Positions 9,276-19,522 of a DNA stretch of 64,000 nucleotides are shown here, piece after piece (positions within the stretch are counted from its first letter, which is position 1; each line of letters opens with the position of its first letter). This DNA is from Candidatus Gastranaerophilales bacterium (GTDB taxonomy: Bacteria > Cyanobacteriota > Vampirovibrionia > Gastranaerophilales > Gastranaerophilaceae). The position numbers were made by a program, and so were the translations under genes. Where the stretch lies: the NCBI GenBank assembly GCA_017475485.1, contig JAFVFO010000052.1:6437-70436 (forward strand), read 5' to 3'. Below the pieces are notes generated by a model that worked only from the letters and a program-made list of their open reading frames with translations, was not told the DNA's origin and did no database searches.

Positions 9276-11567
9276 TTACGCATTTTCCAATTCCCAAATT
9301 CCACAAGGGCACAAGCCTGCGCAAATTCCGCAGCCAATACATTTTTCGCTGTTTGAAATATATTCAAATTTTCCGTCTTTTTCAATACGCTCAATTGCCC
9401 CTTCCGGACAACTTTGAAGGCATAGACCGCAATCTCTGCAATATCCGCATGAAAGACACCTGTTTTGTTCGTTATCGCAATTAGGCTTGTAGCATTCGTA
9501 ATATTGCGATTTAATTCTGTTTTCGGGAATCATTTTTTTATTTTCAACCGAAACCAATTCTTTATTTTCTAAAAATCTTATAACATTGTGCGCCGTATCT
9601 TTGCCCGAAGCTATTGCATTTGTGAATAATCCTGATGAAATACTATCTCCTATTGCAAAAAGTTTTTTATTATATTCGCTGTTGTTGAATTTATTTATTT
9701 TTATTCTTGATTTCTCATCTAAATAATTTTTATCCAAAAAATCAAATACGGGCCTATCACCTACCGAAATGATTACGCTGTCAGCTTCGAGAAATCTCCC
9801 GTCTTTAAGATATACTCCTTTTTCATCAATTTTTTTCGTAAAACAAGGGAATAAAATTTCAGCACCTAATTTTTTAACATTATTAATTTCTTTTTCAAAG
9901 GCAGAAGGTTCTTGAATATCTATGGCCGTAACTTTTTTAGCGTTTTGTTTATAGCATTCCAAAACAACATCCATTGCGGCATTTCCGGCCCCTATTATTA
10001 CAACATTATTCCCGAGATTAAATTTTTTACCTTTTTTAGTATCTTTTAGAAAATCCAATCCTTTTATTAATCTTTCATATCCTTCAAAAGGTATTACAAC
10101 AGGGCTTTGAGCACCTATTGCAACAATAATTGCGTCAAATTCTTCATTTAATTTTGAAAATATTTCTTTTGTAACTTTTGTAGATGTGTGGATTTTAATT
10201 CCTGATGTTTTAAATTTATCTATTTCCGTTTTAAGTATTTCAGGGTTTAATCTTTCGGAAGGAATTACCTGATATAATTTTCCGCCTATTTCTTCATCCT
10301 GTTCAAAAATATCAACACCGTAGCCTGATTTTAAAAGCTGCCATGAAGCGGATATACCCGCTACCCCTGCGCCTATAACCGCAACTTTTTTCTTTTTTGT
10401 AATTTCATATTTCGGAAGTTTTATATCTTTTGATAAACTGCCAAGCATTTTAACATCCATGGGTTTATCAACATCAATTCTTGAACAATTATTTAAACAT
10501 AAATTAGGACACACCTGAGCGCAAACGCTTGCGGGAAAAGGGCTGTAATCTAAAACAAGTTCAAGTGCTTCTTTAATTTTTCCTGCTCTCAATAAAGAAA
10601 ATCTTTTTTGTGTGGGAATTTTAATCGGGCAATTATATTCGCAAGGTGCACTGTAAAAATAATTTTTCCAATGCGGTACTCTAAGCCTTGAATTTCCTGT
10701 TTGAACCAAATCACAAGCAGTAAAATCATCTTGAATTAAATCGCCGAAAATAGAACCTTCCACTTCTTTTGCCCACTCATTCAGGCGGTATGTTTTAGTT
10801 GAAATATCCGTTTGAAGATTTCTTTCTTCGTATGTTTTTGCAACTATTTTTTTCCAGTTTGAAAAATCTAAAAGTGTTTCTAAATATTCTTGTTTATTTA
10901 TTTCATTTAAAAATACTTTCAGACCGTTTTGTAAAAATTCAATATCTTTTTCATCCAAATCAAGAACATATACTTCATCTGAAATATCTTTAATGCTTCC
11001 TCTGAAATATACAATTCCGCCTACCATACCTACGCATGCGCGATTTCCCAAGACGGAAGGCAATTGTTCGCAATTTATTCCGCAAACAACGGCAATACCG
11101 CCCCCCATGAATTCAAATGAAAATGAACCTGTGTTTTTGAGCACCCATAATTCAGGAGCGGGATATTTCGGGTCTTTTTTCATTAAAGCACCGCTTCTTG
11201 CGCCAACTGAACCTGATACATAAATTTTCCCGCTTGCGGCACAGTGTCCTGCGGTGTCACCGCAATCACCGTTTATAACTATCTTAGCTCCGGAATTAAG
11301 CCAGCCGGCATCAGCGGGTACAGAGCCTTCAACATATATATTTGTATTATAAAGCCCCATAGCGCCTACCCTTTGGCCGGGGTTAGTTATGTAGAAATTC
11401 AAAGGTTTTTTATCTTTAGACCAAAGTGAACCTGCAATATTATGTTGTCCTGAGGCATGAATTTCAAAATCATTACAGCCTGAATCTATTGCTGTTTGAA
11501 TTTTTTGCATAAGGGCTTGGGTTGAAATTCTTTCATTATTTTCAATTGTATTTATTGTCTTTTTCAT
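9276..11567 (-). CDS. Glutamate synthase domain-3 (GXGXG) fused to a GltD-like FAD/NAD(P)H oxidoreductase and a C-terminal 2x[4Fe-4S] ferredoxin
   Basis: The N-terminal GXGXG-type region includes GQRVGAMG and GDCGDTAGHCAASGKIYVSGSVGARSG. The middle has two Rossmann motifs, VAVIGAGVAGISAS and VVIIGAGNAAMDV. The C-terminus has CLSCGYCRDCGLCLQSCP and CIGCGICAGLCPCG. Confidence 0.85.
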   Translation of the reverse strand: MKKTINTIENNERISTQALMQKIQTAIDSGCNDFEIHASGQHNIAGSLWSKDKKPLNFYITNPGQRVGAMGLYNTNIYVEGSVPADAGWLNSGAKIVINGDCGDTAGHCAASGKIYVSGSVGARSGALMKKDPKYPAPELWVLKNTGSFSFEFMGGGIAVVCGINCEQLPSVLGNRACVGMVGGIVYFRGSIKDISDEVYVLDLDEKDIEFLQNGLKVFLNEINKQEYLETLLDFSNWKKIVAKTYEERNLQTDISTKTYRLNEWAKEVEGSIFGDLIQDDFTACDLVQTGNSRLRVPHWKNYFYSAPCEYNCPIKIPTQKRFSLLRAGKIKEALELVLDYSPFPASVCAQVCPNLCLNNCSRIDVDKPMDVKMLGSLSKDIKLPKYEITKKKKVAVIGAGVAGISASWQLLKSGYGVDIFEQDEEIGGKLYQVIPSERLNPEILKTEIDKFKTSGIKIHTSTKVTKEIFSKLNEEFDAIIVAIGAQSPVVIPFEGYERLIKGLDFLKDTKKGKKFNLGNNVVIIGAGNAAMDVVLECYKQNAKKVTAIDIQEPSAFEKEINNVKKLGAEILFPCFTKKIDEKGVYLKDGRFLEADSVIISVGDRPVFDFLDKNYLDEKSRIKINKFNNSEYNKKLFAIGDSISSGLFTNAIASGKDTAHNVIRFLENKELVSVENKKMIPENRIKSQYYECYKPNCDNEQNRCLSCGYCRDCGLCLQSCPEGAIERIEKDGKFEYISNSEKCIGCGICAGLCPCGIWELENA

Positions 11568-11579
11568 ATTTTTTCCACT

Positions 11580-13223
11580 TTAGCAGGCATATTGTATATT
11601 TAATCTGTCTGCAACATTTTTATCTACACTAATTAAAGCGTCGCTTCTGCCTATAGGCAAAGATGAATTACCGACGGGAGCTAATAATTTTTTCAACTCA
11701 ATATCAGAAGCAATAATATAGTTGGCAATATTTTGCGCAACAGTATCAATATCAAGCCTTTGAGTTAATTTAGGATTTTGTGTCGTAATTCCTACGGGAC
11801 AGCACCCTGTATTGCAGGCATTGCATTTGCCGTAATCATTACCCACACAGCCTGCAATTTGTAAAATTAATTTGCCTATTATCACTCCGTTTGCCCCAAG
11901 GCAAAGCATTTTAAAAGTGTCAGCGGCCAGATTACCGTTCATTCCTATGCCCCCGCCTGCAAAAATCGGGATTTGCCCCTGCCTGCCTTGTTTTACTGCG
12001 GATAGATAGCAATCTCTTAGCTTTGAAACAATGGGGTGACCGGTATGATTAAGGGAAATTTCATGCGCCGCACCTGTTGCGCCTTCCATGCCGTCTATAA
12101 AAAAACCGCCTACAATGTTATACGGGTCGCGCAATAGGTTATTATAAACACTTACGCTTGTAGAAGAAGCGGCTACTTTAATAGCAACGGGAACTCTGAA
12201 TTTAAAAGCGCAATTCATTGATAAAAACATTTTTTGAACGCTTTCTTCAATTGAATATAGCCCCTGATGATTTGGCGGAGATAATAAATCCGCATGCGGA
12301 ACACCTCTTATTTCCTGAATAAGACGCACGTTTTTCTGTGCCATTAAAAGACCGCCATCCCCCGGTTTTGCCCCTTGTCCTATTTTAATTAAAATGCCTG
12401 CAGGGTCTTCCTTCATGTATTCAAGCGCATTTACAATTCTGTTCCAGCCGAAATGTCCCGATGCAATTTGCAGTATCATATATTTTAAATATCTTGATTT
12501 TAACAGTCTGTCAGGTATTCCGCCTTCGCCTGTGCACATTCTTATCGGAATTCCTTTAACTTCATTTAAGTATGCTACTGCAATTGCAATGGCTTCCCAC
12601 ATTCTGGGCGAGAGTGCTCCTATGGACATATCAGAGATAATAACGGGGTATATGGAAGTATTTACGGGCATATTGCCGTTTATTTTAAGTTCATTTTCGC
12701 AAACCGAAAAATTTAATTTATCAGGACTTAATATTCTTCCTAAATTTGTTCTTATATCAAAAGTATGGCGCAATGCATCCAACGAAGGGTCTGTCATTTG
12801 CGAAATTCTTCCTACTTTTATTTTATCAAGGGTTCTTTTTTCGCAATGAAGGTTGTTTCTGCCTCCTCTTTTAACGGATTGTGCGGTTTTTGCCCTGTAG
12901 CGCGTTCCAAAGATTTCGGTTTTGTTTCTTCTTGCCTTAATTGCGCCGTTAGGGCACACTTTTGTACACATTCCGCACCCTCTGCAAAAATGTTTTTCGT
13001 CTATTACCTGTTTTATTACGGGAATTGCTTTTTGGTCAGAATCTATTGAAAAACCGTTCTCGTTAGATATAGCTTGTATTTTCTTTCTTTTTTGAACATC
13101 AACCTTTATAGCTTGAAAGGAACATACGGCACAGCATTTTCCGCAAAGCATACATTTTGAGCTGTCGTATTCTATAATCCAAGGCAGTGCATCTTGAGAA
13201 ATGGTATTTACGTTGAACTTCAT
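11580..13223 (-). CDS. Glutamate synthase FMN-binding subunit (GltB domain 2) with N-terminal 2x[4Fe-4S] ferredoxin
   Basis: Contains CMLCGKCCAVCSFQAI and CRGCGMCTKVCPNGAI. These are followed by GAKPGDGGLL, PPNHQGLYSIE and DGMEGATGAA, typical of the glutamate synthase FMN domain. Confidence 0.85.
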   Translation of the reverse strand: MKFNVNTISQDALPWIIEYDSSKCMLCGKCCAVCSFQAIKVDVQKRKKIQAISNENGFSIDSDQKAIPVIKQVIDEKHFCRGCGMCTKVCPNGAIKARRNKTEIFGTRYRAKTAQSVKRGGRNNLHCEKRTLDKIKVGRISQMTDPSLDALRHTFDIRTNLGRILSPDKLNFSVCENELKINGNMPVNTSIYPVIISDMSIGALSPRMWEAIAIAVAYLNEVKGIPIRMCTGEGGIPDRLLKSRYLKYMILQIASGHFGWNRIVNALEYMKEDPAGILIKIGQGAKPGDGGLLMAQKNVRLIQEIRGVPHADLLSPPNHQGLYSIEESVQKMFLSMNCAFKFRVPVAIKVAASSTSVSVYNNLLRDPYNIVGGFFIDGMEGATGAAHEISLNHTGHPIVSKLRDCYLSAVKQGRQGQIPIFAGGGIGMNGNLAADTFKMLCLGANGVIIGKLILQIAGCVGNDYGKCNACNTGCCPVGITTQNPKLTQRLDIDTVAQNIANYIIASDIELKKLLAPVGNSSLPIGRSDALISVDKNVADRLNIQYAC

Positions 13224-14326
13224 TGTTTAATCCTTTTGATATTAAGATTATTATCTATAACAATAGTTTCGCGCTCATTTGTATAGATATCTTTATTTAT
13301 ATCTCTGTTTGGCAGTAATTCGTTAACGCCTGTTATTTCAGAGGTTATAATTGCAATATCTTTATCTTTTGCAACAACAACAGGGCGCAATTTCTTGGAA
13401 TCCATAACATTAATCATTGTGCCGTCAGGCAGAACCCCTATTGTTGCATTAGGGCCGTTTATTTCAAAATTTGCCATAGACATTCTGATTCTTGTTAATA
13501 CTTCCTTATCTTCCCTTGCTTGCATTTCATCCCAGGAAAGAGGTGTTAAAATATGCTTATAATATTCAATAGGCCATTTAAGAATTTTATGTGCATAATG
13601 AAGGGTATATAAAAAGCACTGCGAATCCGATTCAAAGCCTATATAGCCCTTATATAAAGGCTTTAGTGCAAGTTTATTTTTTTCATAAAATGTATTTTCG
13701 CCGTTGGTTAATGTTGTGTATCCTGATAAAAAGAAAGGATGTGCGGCATAGCGTACAATGTCGTAGTTTGTATTTTGCCTGCATTGAACAGTCAGAATTT
13801 TTGCTTTAATATCAACTTTATCGCCAAAAAGGTTAAAATATTTACCTATATCAACAGGGCTTCCTATTTCCTTTAGGGAAATTACATTTTCATAAAAAGA
13901 ATAAACATATCCGTCGTCATTTTCGCTTAATAATTCTCTTAATTTTAATCTTGTATCAAGAAGGAGATTTTCTTTTTGTTCTTTTGTTGAATTTTCATAG
14001 TTTTTCGGATATTCATAAGCAATAAAAATATAATTTTCCAAAGGTTCAATATTTAGTTTTTCGTTGTTATTTACTTCCATTTTGTATTGGAATACTTTTG
14101 AAAAACCAAGAGATTGGGTGTATTTTTCCGTAATTTCCACTGCTTTATTATTGCCTGCAAGCGAAAGAATAGGAAAATTTTTATATTTTTCAAAAATACC
14201 GCCCAAATCTTGCGCTACAATTGCAAAGCCCGAATTATCATAGCCTTTTTGCTGTGAGCGCATAAGTTTTAATGTAGCGCTAAGATGAATATAATGTTGT
14301 GATTTAATTGCTCCGATTCTGCACAT
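13220..14326 (-). CDS. Class-II glutamine amidotransferase subunit (GltB domain 1-like)
   Basis: Starts MCRIGAI (catalytic Cys2). The ATGA overlap with the next gene shows that TGA at 13220..13222 acts as a stop. First gene of the split glutamate synthase operon. Confidence 0.8.
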   Translation of the reverse strand: MCRIGAIKSQHYIHLSATLKLMRSQQKGYDNSGFAIVAQDLGGIFEKYKNFPILSLAGNNKAVEITEKYTQSLGFSKVFQYKMEVNNNEKLNIEPLENYIFIAYEYPKNYENSTKEQKENLLLDTRLKLRELLSENDDGYVYSFYENVISLKEIGSPVDIGKYFNLFGDKVDIKAKILTVQCRQNTNYDIVRYAAHPFFLSGYTTLTNGENTFYEKNKLALKPLYKGYIGFESDSQCFLYTLHYAHKILKWPIEYYKHILTPLSWDEMQAREDKEVLTRIRMSMANFEINGPNATIGVLPDGTMINVMDSKKLRPVVVAKDKDIAIITSEITGVNELLPNRDINKDIYTNERETIVIDNNLNIKRIKQ

Positions 14327-14638
14327 AAGTATATCTTTGCGCCATTTTTCAAATACGTCAAAAAAAATTAAATGTTTAGTTTTCTAAATTGTTTCAAAAA
14401 TCCTATAAAAATTTTAAAAAATAAAATAAATTACATAAAAATTGATTAATTGGTTTAATTTTTTTTAAAAAATTTCATTTTTTTATTAAAAAATGACAAA
14501 AATTATGAAAAAAAATTTTATTTTACATAATTTAATATATAGGTTTAAGACGAATTATTAATTTTTTGTTAACAAAATCATTCTTTTTTAATTTTACCTA
14601 TATTATTAAATTATAAAAAGGAAGATAAGGAGTATATT

Positions 14639-14923
14639 ATGATTAAACCTTTAGCAGACAGAATTGTTATTAAAGTTATTGATGATGTTCAACAAACATC
14701 AGGCGGAATTTTTATTCCCGACAGTGCAAAAGAAAAACCCCAAAAAGGTGAAGTTGTAGCTGTTGGCGCAGGTAAAACTTTAGATTCCGGTGAAAAAGAA
14801 CCCATGGAAGTTAAAGTTGGTGATGTTGTATTATTTGCAAAATACGCAGGTACTGATGTTAAAGTTGGGGATGTTGAGTATAAGATTATAAGCGTGAAAG
14901 ACGCTCTTGCAATCATAGAATAA
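14639..14923 (+). CDS. groES: Co-chaperonin GroES
   Basis: 94 aa, MIKPLADRIVIKV...GGIFIPDSAKEKPQKGEVVAVG. SD aaggag lies upstream. Confidence 0.97.
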   Translation: MIKPLADRIVIKVIDDVQQTSGGIFIPDSAKEKPQKGEVVAVGAGKTLDSGEKEPMEVKVGDVVLFAKYAGTDVKVGDVEYKIISVKDALAIIE

Positions 14924-15009
14924 GGTATTAAGGCATGAAAGCACTAAGGCACTAAGAGGAATTTTTTAAAAGTTTATTGCCTTATTGCCTCATTTCCCTG
15001 TTACCTTTA
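14921..15009. repeat. Inverted array of octamer repeats forming a long imperfect hairpin in the groES-groEL spacer
   Basis: The left arm reads TAAGGTAT TAAGGCAT GAAAGCAC TAAGGCAC TAAGAGG. The right arm reads ATTGCCTT ATTGCCTC ATTTCCCT GTTACCTT TA, which is the reverse complement of AAGGCAAT-type units. The central 17 nt pair at 15 of 17 positions. Confidence 0.85.
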
Positions 15010-15010
15010 G

Positions 15011-16693
<1,683 letters not shown>

Positions 16694-16720
16694 TTACAAA
16701 TGACCTTACAGAATGCAGGT

Positions 16721-16764
16721 AAAAGGCCATAAAGCTAGCTGCTTTATGGCCTTTTGTCGTTTTA
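16721..16764 (+). terminator. Rho-independent terminator after groEL
   Basis: A 15-bp perfect stem AAAAGGCCATAAAGC / GCTTTATGGCCTTTT with loop TAGCT, followed by GTCGTTTT. Confidence 0.85.
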
Positions 16765-16856
16765 ATAAGTTGCATTATATGAATGATATTCATTGAATAA
16801 AATTCATTTATTTGATAAATTTAAAGATAAACCAAAAGGTTTAATAGGAGAAATAT

Positions 16857-17849
16857 ATGCAATATGTAAAATTAGGTTCTGCAGGGGTTGATGTTTCAAG
16901 AATTTGCCTTGGTTGTATGAGTTTTGGAAAACCTGGGATACAAAACGGAGTTTTCCCTTGGGCAAAAGATTATGATGATGCTAAAACTATTTTTAAACGT
17001 GCAATTGATTTAGGTATTAACTATTTTGATACGGCCAATGTTTATCAATTGGGTTCGAGTGAAGAAATTACAGGCAGATTAATTAAAGAATTCGGACTTG
17101 ACAGAGATGAAATTGTAGTTGCTACAAAAGTACATTTTGCAATGAGAGAAGGCAGGCCGAACGGTGCAGGTTCTTCAAGAAAAAATATTATGGCAGAAAT
17201 TGACCATTCGCTTAAAAGGCTGGGTCTTGATTATGTTGATTTATACCAAATCCATAGATTAGACCATGAGACACCCATGGAAGAAATTATGGAAGCGCTC
17301 CATGATGTAGTAAAAGCAGGTAAAGCAAGATATATCGGAGCTTCTGTTATGTGGGCATGGGAATTTGAACGTTTGCAAAACATAGCGGAAAAATACAATT
17401 GGACAAAATTTGTTTCTATGCAAAATCAATATAATTTAATTTATCGTGAAGAAGAACGCGAAATGATACCTTTGTGTCAGGATAGACATGTTGCAATTGT
17501 GCCCTGGAGTCCTTTAGCGGGCGGAAGATGTGCCCACCCTTGAGGAATAAAAACAGACAGAAATTCTATTGATGAAGTTTCGCCAATGGTTTGGGGTTCA
17601 ACAGATACTCAAGATAAAATTGTTGTTGAAACTATCGAAAAAATTTCAAAAGAACTCGGTTATTCAATGGCGCAGGTTTCTTTGGCATGGATGTTATCTA
17701 AACCTTATGTAACTTCGCCCATTGTAGGTTTTACAAAAGAAAGCCATGTTGATGAAGCAGTTGCTGCGCTTGATATTAAATTAAGTGATGAAGTTATCAA
17801 AAGACTTGAAGCACCATACGTTCCGCATATTAAAAGCGGTTTATTTTAA
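16857..17849 (+). pseudogene. Aldo/keto reductase (YajO/Tas-like) with one in-frame TGA
   Basis: Track ORFs 16857..17543 and 17586..17849 are in the same frame. The protein reads ...WSPLAGGRCAHP[TGA]GIKTDRNSIDEVS...AQVSLAWMLSKPYVTSPIVG..., a single continuous AKR. The TGA is at 17541..17543. Confidence 0.8.
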
Positions 17850-17859
17850 GGAGATGAAA

Positions 17860-18495
17860 ATGAAAGTATTATTATTTAACGGTTCACCGCACAAACAGGG
17901 CTGTACATATACGGCTTTAGAGGAAATTGCAAAGACATTAAAAGAAGAAGGAATAGAATCCGAAATTTATCAAATAGGAATAGAGCCTATCGGCGCTTGC
18001 AGAGCGTGCTATGCCTGCTCTAAAATCGGCAAATGTGTAATTAATGACAGAGTAAACGATTTTTTGGAATATGCAAAAAACTTTGACGGCTTCATTTTCG
18101 GCTCTCCGGTTCATTATGCTTCGGCTTGTGGCGGTGTTTGCGCATTTTTAGACAGAGCATTTTTCACAGCATTTGCTTCAGGCAGGGGTGAAATCTTTTT
18201 ACATAAGCCCGGAGCTGCAATTGCAAGCGCAAGAAGGGCGGGTACGACTGCTACATTAGATCAATTGAATAAATATTTTACAATTACCCAAATGCCAATA
18301 ATTTCAGGCAGATATTGGAATATGGTGCATGGGGCTACATCTGACGAAGTTAAAAAAGACCTTGAAGGCATGCAGAACATGAGAATATTGGCGCGCAATA
18401 TGGCTTGGCATTTAAAATGTAAAGAAGCCGGAAAAAATGCCGGTATTCCTATGCCGAAAACAGAAGAAACGGTCTATACAAATTTTATAAGATAA
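17860..18495 (+). CDS. Flavodoxin-like FMN reductase / iron-sulfur flavoprotein family
   Basis: Starts MKVLLFNGSPHKQGCTY and contains CRACYACSKIGKC and FGSPVHYASACG. SD aaggag lies 6 nt before ATG 17860. The track start at 17785 is an upstream extension overlapping the AKR. Confidence 0.8.
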   Translation: MKVLLFNGSPHKQGCTYTALEEIAKTLKEEGIESEIYQIGIEPIGACRACYACSKIGKCVINDRVNDFLEYAKNFDGFIFGSPVHYASACGGVCAFLDRAFFTAFASGRGEIFLHKPGAAIASARRAGTTATLDQLNKYFTITQMPIISGRYWNMVHGATSDEVKKDLEGMQNMRILARNMAWHLKCKEAGKNAGIPMPKTEETVYTNFIR

Positions 18496-18552
18496 ATTTT
18501 TAATATAATTAATTGATGCATAATATAAGATTATCAAATACAATCTTATATT

Positions 18553-18939
18553 ATGCTTTGTCCTAAATGTAAAAAAGAAATGATAGTCGTTGAAAGAAAC
18601 GAAGTGGAACTTGATTATTGTATGTTTTGCGAAGGTTTCTGGTTTGACTATGGTGAATGGAATATTTTGACAAAAAAACTTGTTGCACAAGATTTTTTAG
18701 AAAATCCTTCCGATATTTATAATATTCCGACTGTCCTTACCGGTGAAAAGCTGAGAAGGTGTCCTGTTTGCGGTAAAAAAATGGAAAAATTTATGCTTTT
18801 TGATGTATTCCTTGACAGGTGTCCTTCAAAACATGGCGTCTGGTTTGATAAAAATGAGTTTTCAACTTGCGTAAATTTAATGAATTCAAAACAAAAAAAT
18901 AAACAAATAGTTTTTTTAGGTGAAGTTTTTAGAGGATAA
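18553..18939 (+). CDS. Zinc-ribbon (zf-TFIIB-like, two copies) protein
   Basis: Two copies of the motif are present: CPKC...LDYCMFCEGFWFDYGEW and CPVCGKKM...LDRCPSKHGVWFDKNEF. Confidence 0.65.
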   Translation: MLCPKCKKEMIVVERNEVELDYCMFCEGFWFDYGEWNILTKKLVAQDFLENPSDIYNIPTVLTGEKLRRCPVCGKKMEKFMLFDVFLDRCPSKHGVWFDKNEFSTCVNLMNSKQKNKQIVFLGEVFRG

Positions 18940-18959
18940 AAGAAAATAGGAGATTTAAA

Positions 18960-19517
18960 ATGCCGATTTTAATAGTTTTAGCACTTATCGTACTTGTTAT
19001 TTTTGCAATTATCGGAATATATAACGGTCTTGTTGTATTGAAAAATCAGGTTAAAAATGCTTACAGCCAAATAGAAGTGCAATTAAAAAGAAGACATGAC
19101 CTTATTCCTAATTTGGTTGAAACAGTAAAAGGCTACATGACCCACGAAAGAGAAACTCTTGAAAAAGTAATTAATGCAAGAAATATTGCAAGCAAAATTT
19201 CTCCTGACGCAAAATTACAATCTGCAAATGAAAATGTTTTATCGGGTGCTCTAAAATCATTATTTGCATTGAGTGAAAATTACCCGGATTTAAAAGCTAA
19301 TCAAAACTTTTTGGCTTTGCAGGAAGAATTAACATCAACAGAAAACAGAATTGCCTTTGCAAGACAATTTTATAACGATTCGGTTATGAAATATAATACT
19401 AAAAAAGAGGTTTTCCCAAATAACATGATAGTTTCAATGTTTAACTTTGAATCGTTTTCAATGTTTGAAATTGAAAACTCCGAAGAAAGAGAAAATGTTA
19501 AGGTTAACTTTAATTAA
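18960..19517 (+). CDS. lemA: LemA family membrane protein
   Basis: N-terminal TM helix followed by YNGLVVLKNQVKNAYSQIEVQLKRRHDLIPNLVETVKGY, the canonical LemA region. Confidence 0.9.
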   Translation: MPILIVLALIVLVIFAIIGIYNGLVVLKNQVKNAYSQIEVQLKRRHDLIPNLVETVKGYMTHERETLEKVINARNIASKISPDAKLQSANENVLSGALKSLFALSENYPDLKANQNFLALQEELTSTENRIAFARQFYNDSVMKYNTKKEVFPNNMIVSMFNFESFSMFEIENSEERENVKVNFN

Positions 19518-19522
19518 TTATT

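Noticed and set aside
10799-13049. Antisense ORFs inside the glutamate synthase genes (10799..10993, 10993..11223, 11244..11429, 12394..12849, 12765..13049)
   Set aside because: They lie opposite strongly supported domain-containing CDSs and have no SD or family signal. Such ORFs are typical shadows in AT-rich sequence.
17541-17543. In-frame TGA as evidence for an alternative genetic code (TGA = Trp or Gly) or selenocysteine
   Set aside because: TGA terminates at least four well-supported genes in ATGA overlaps (13220, 26763, 37903, 39362). RF2 (SPF motif) is encoded and uses a UGA frameshift site. The position aligns with Trp rather than Cys, and no SECIS-like hairpin was seen downstream. 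A nonsense mutation or sequencing error is more parsimonious.
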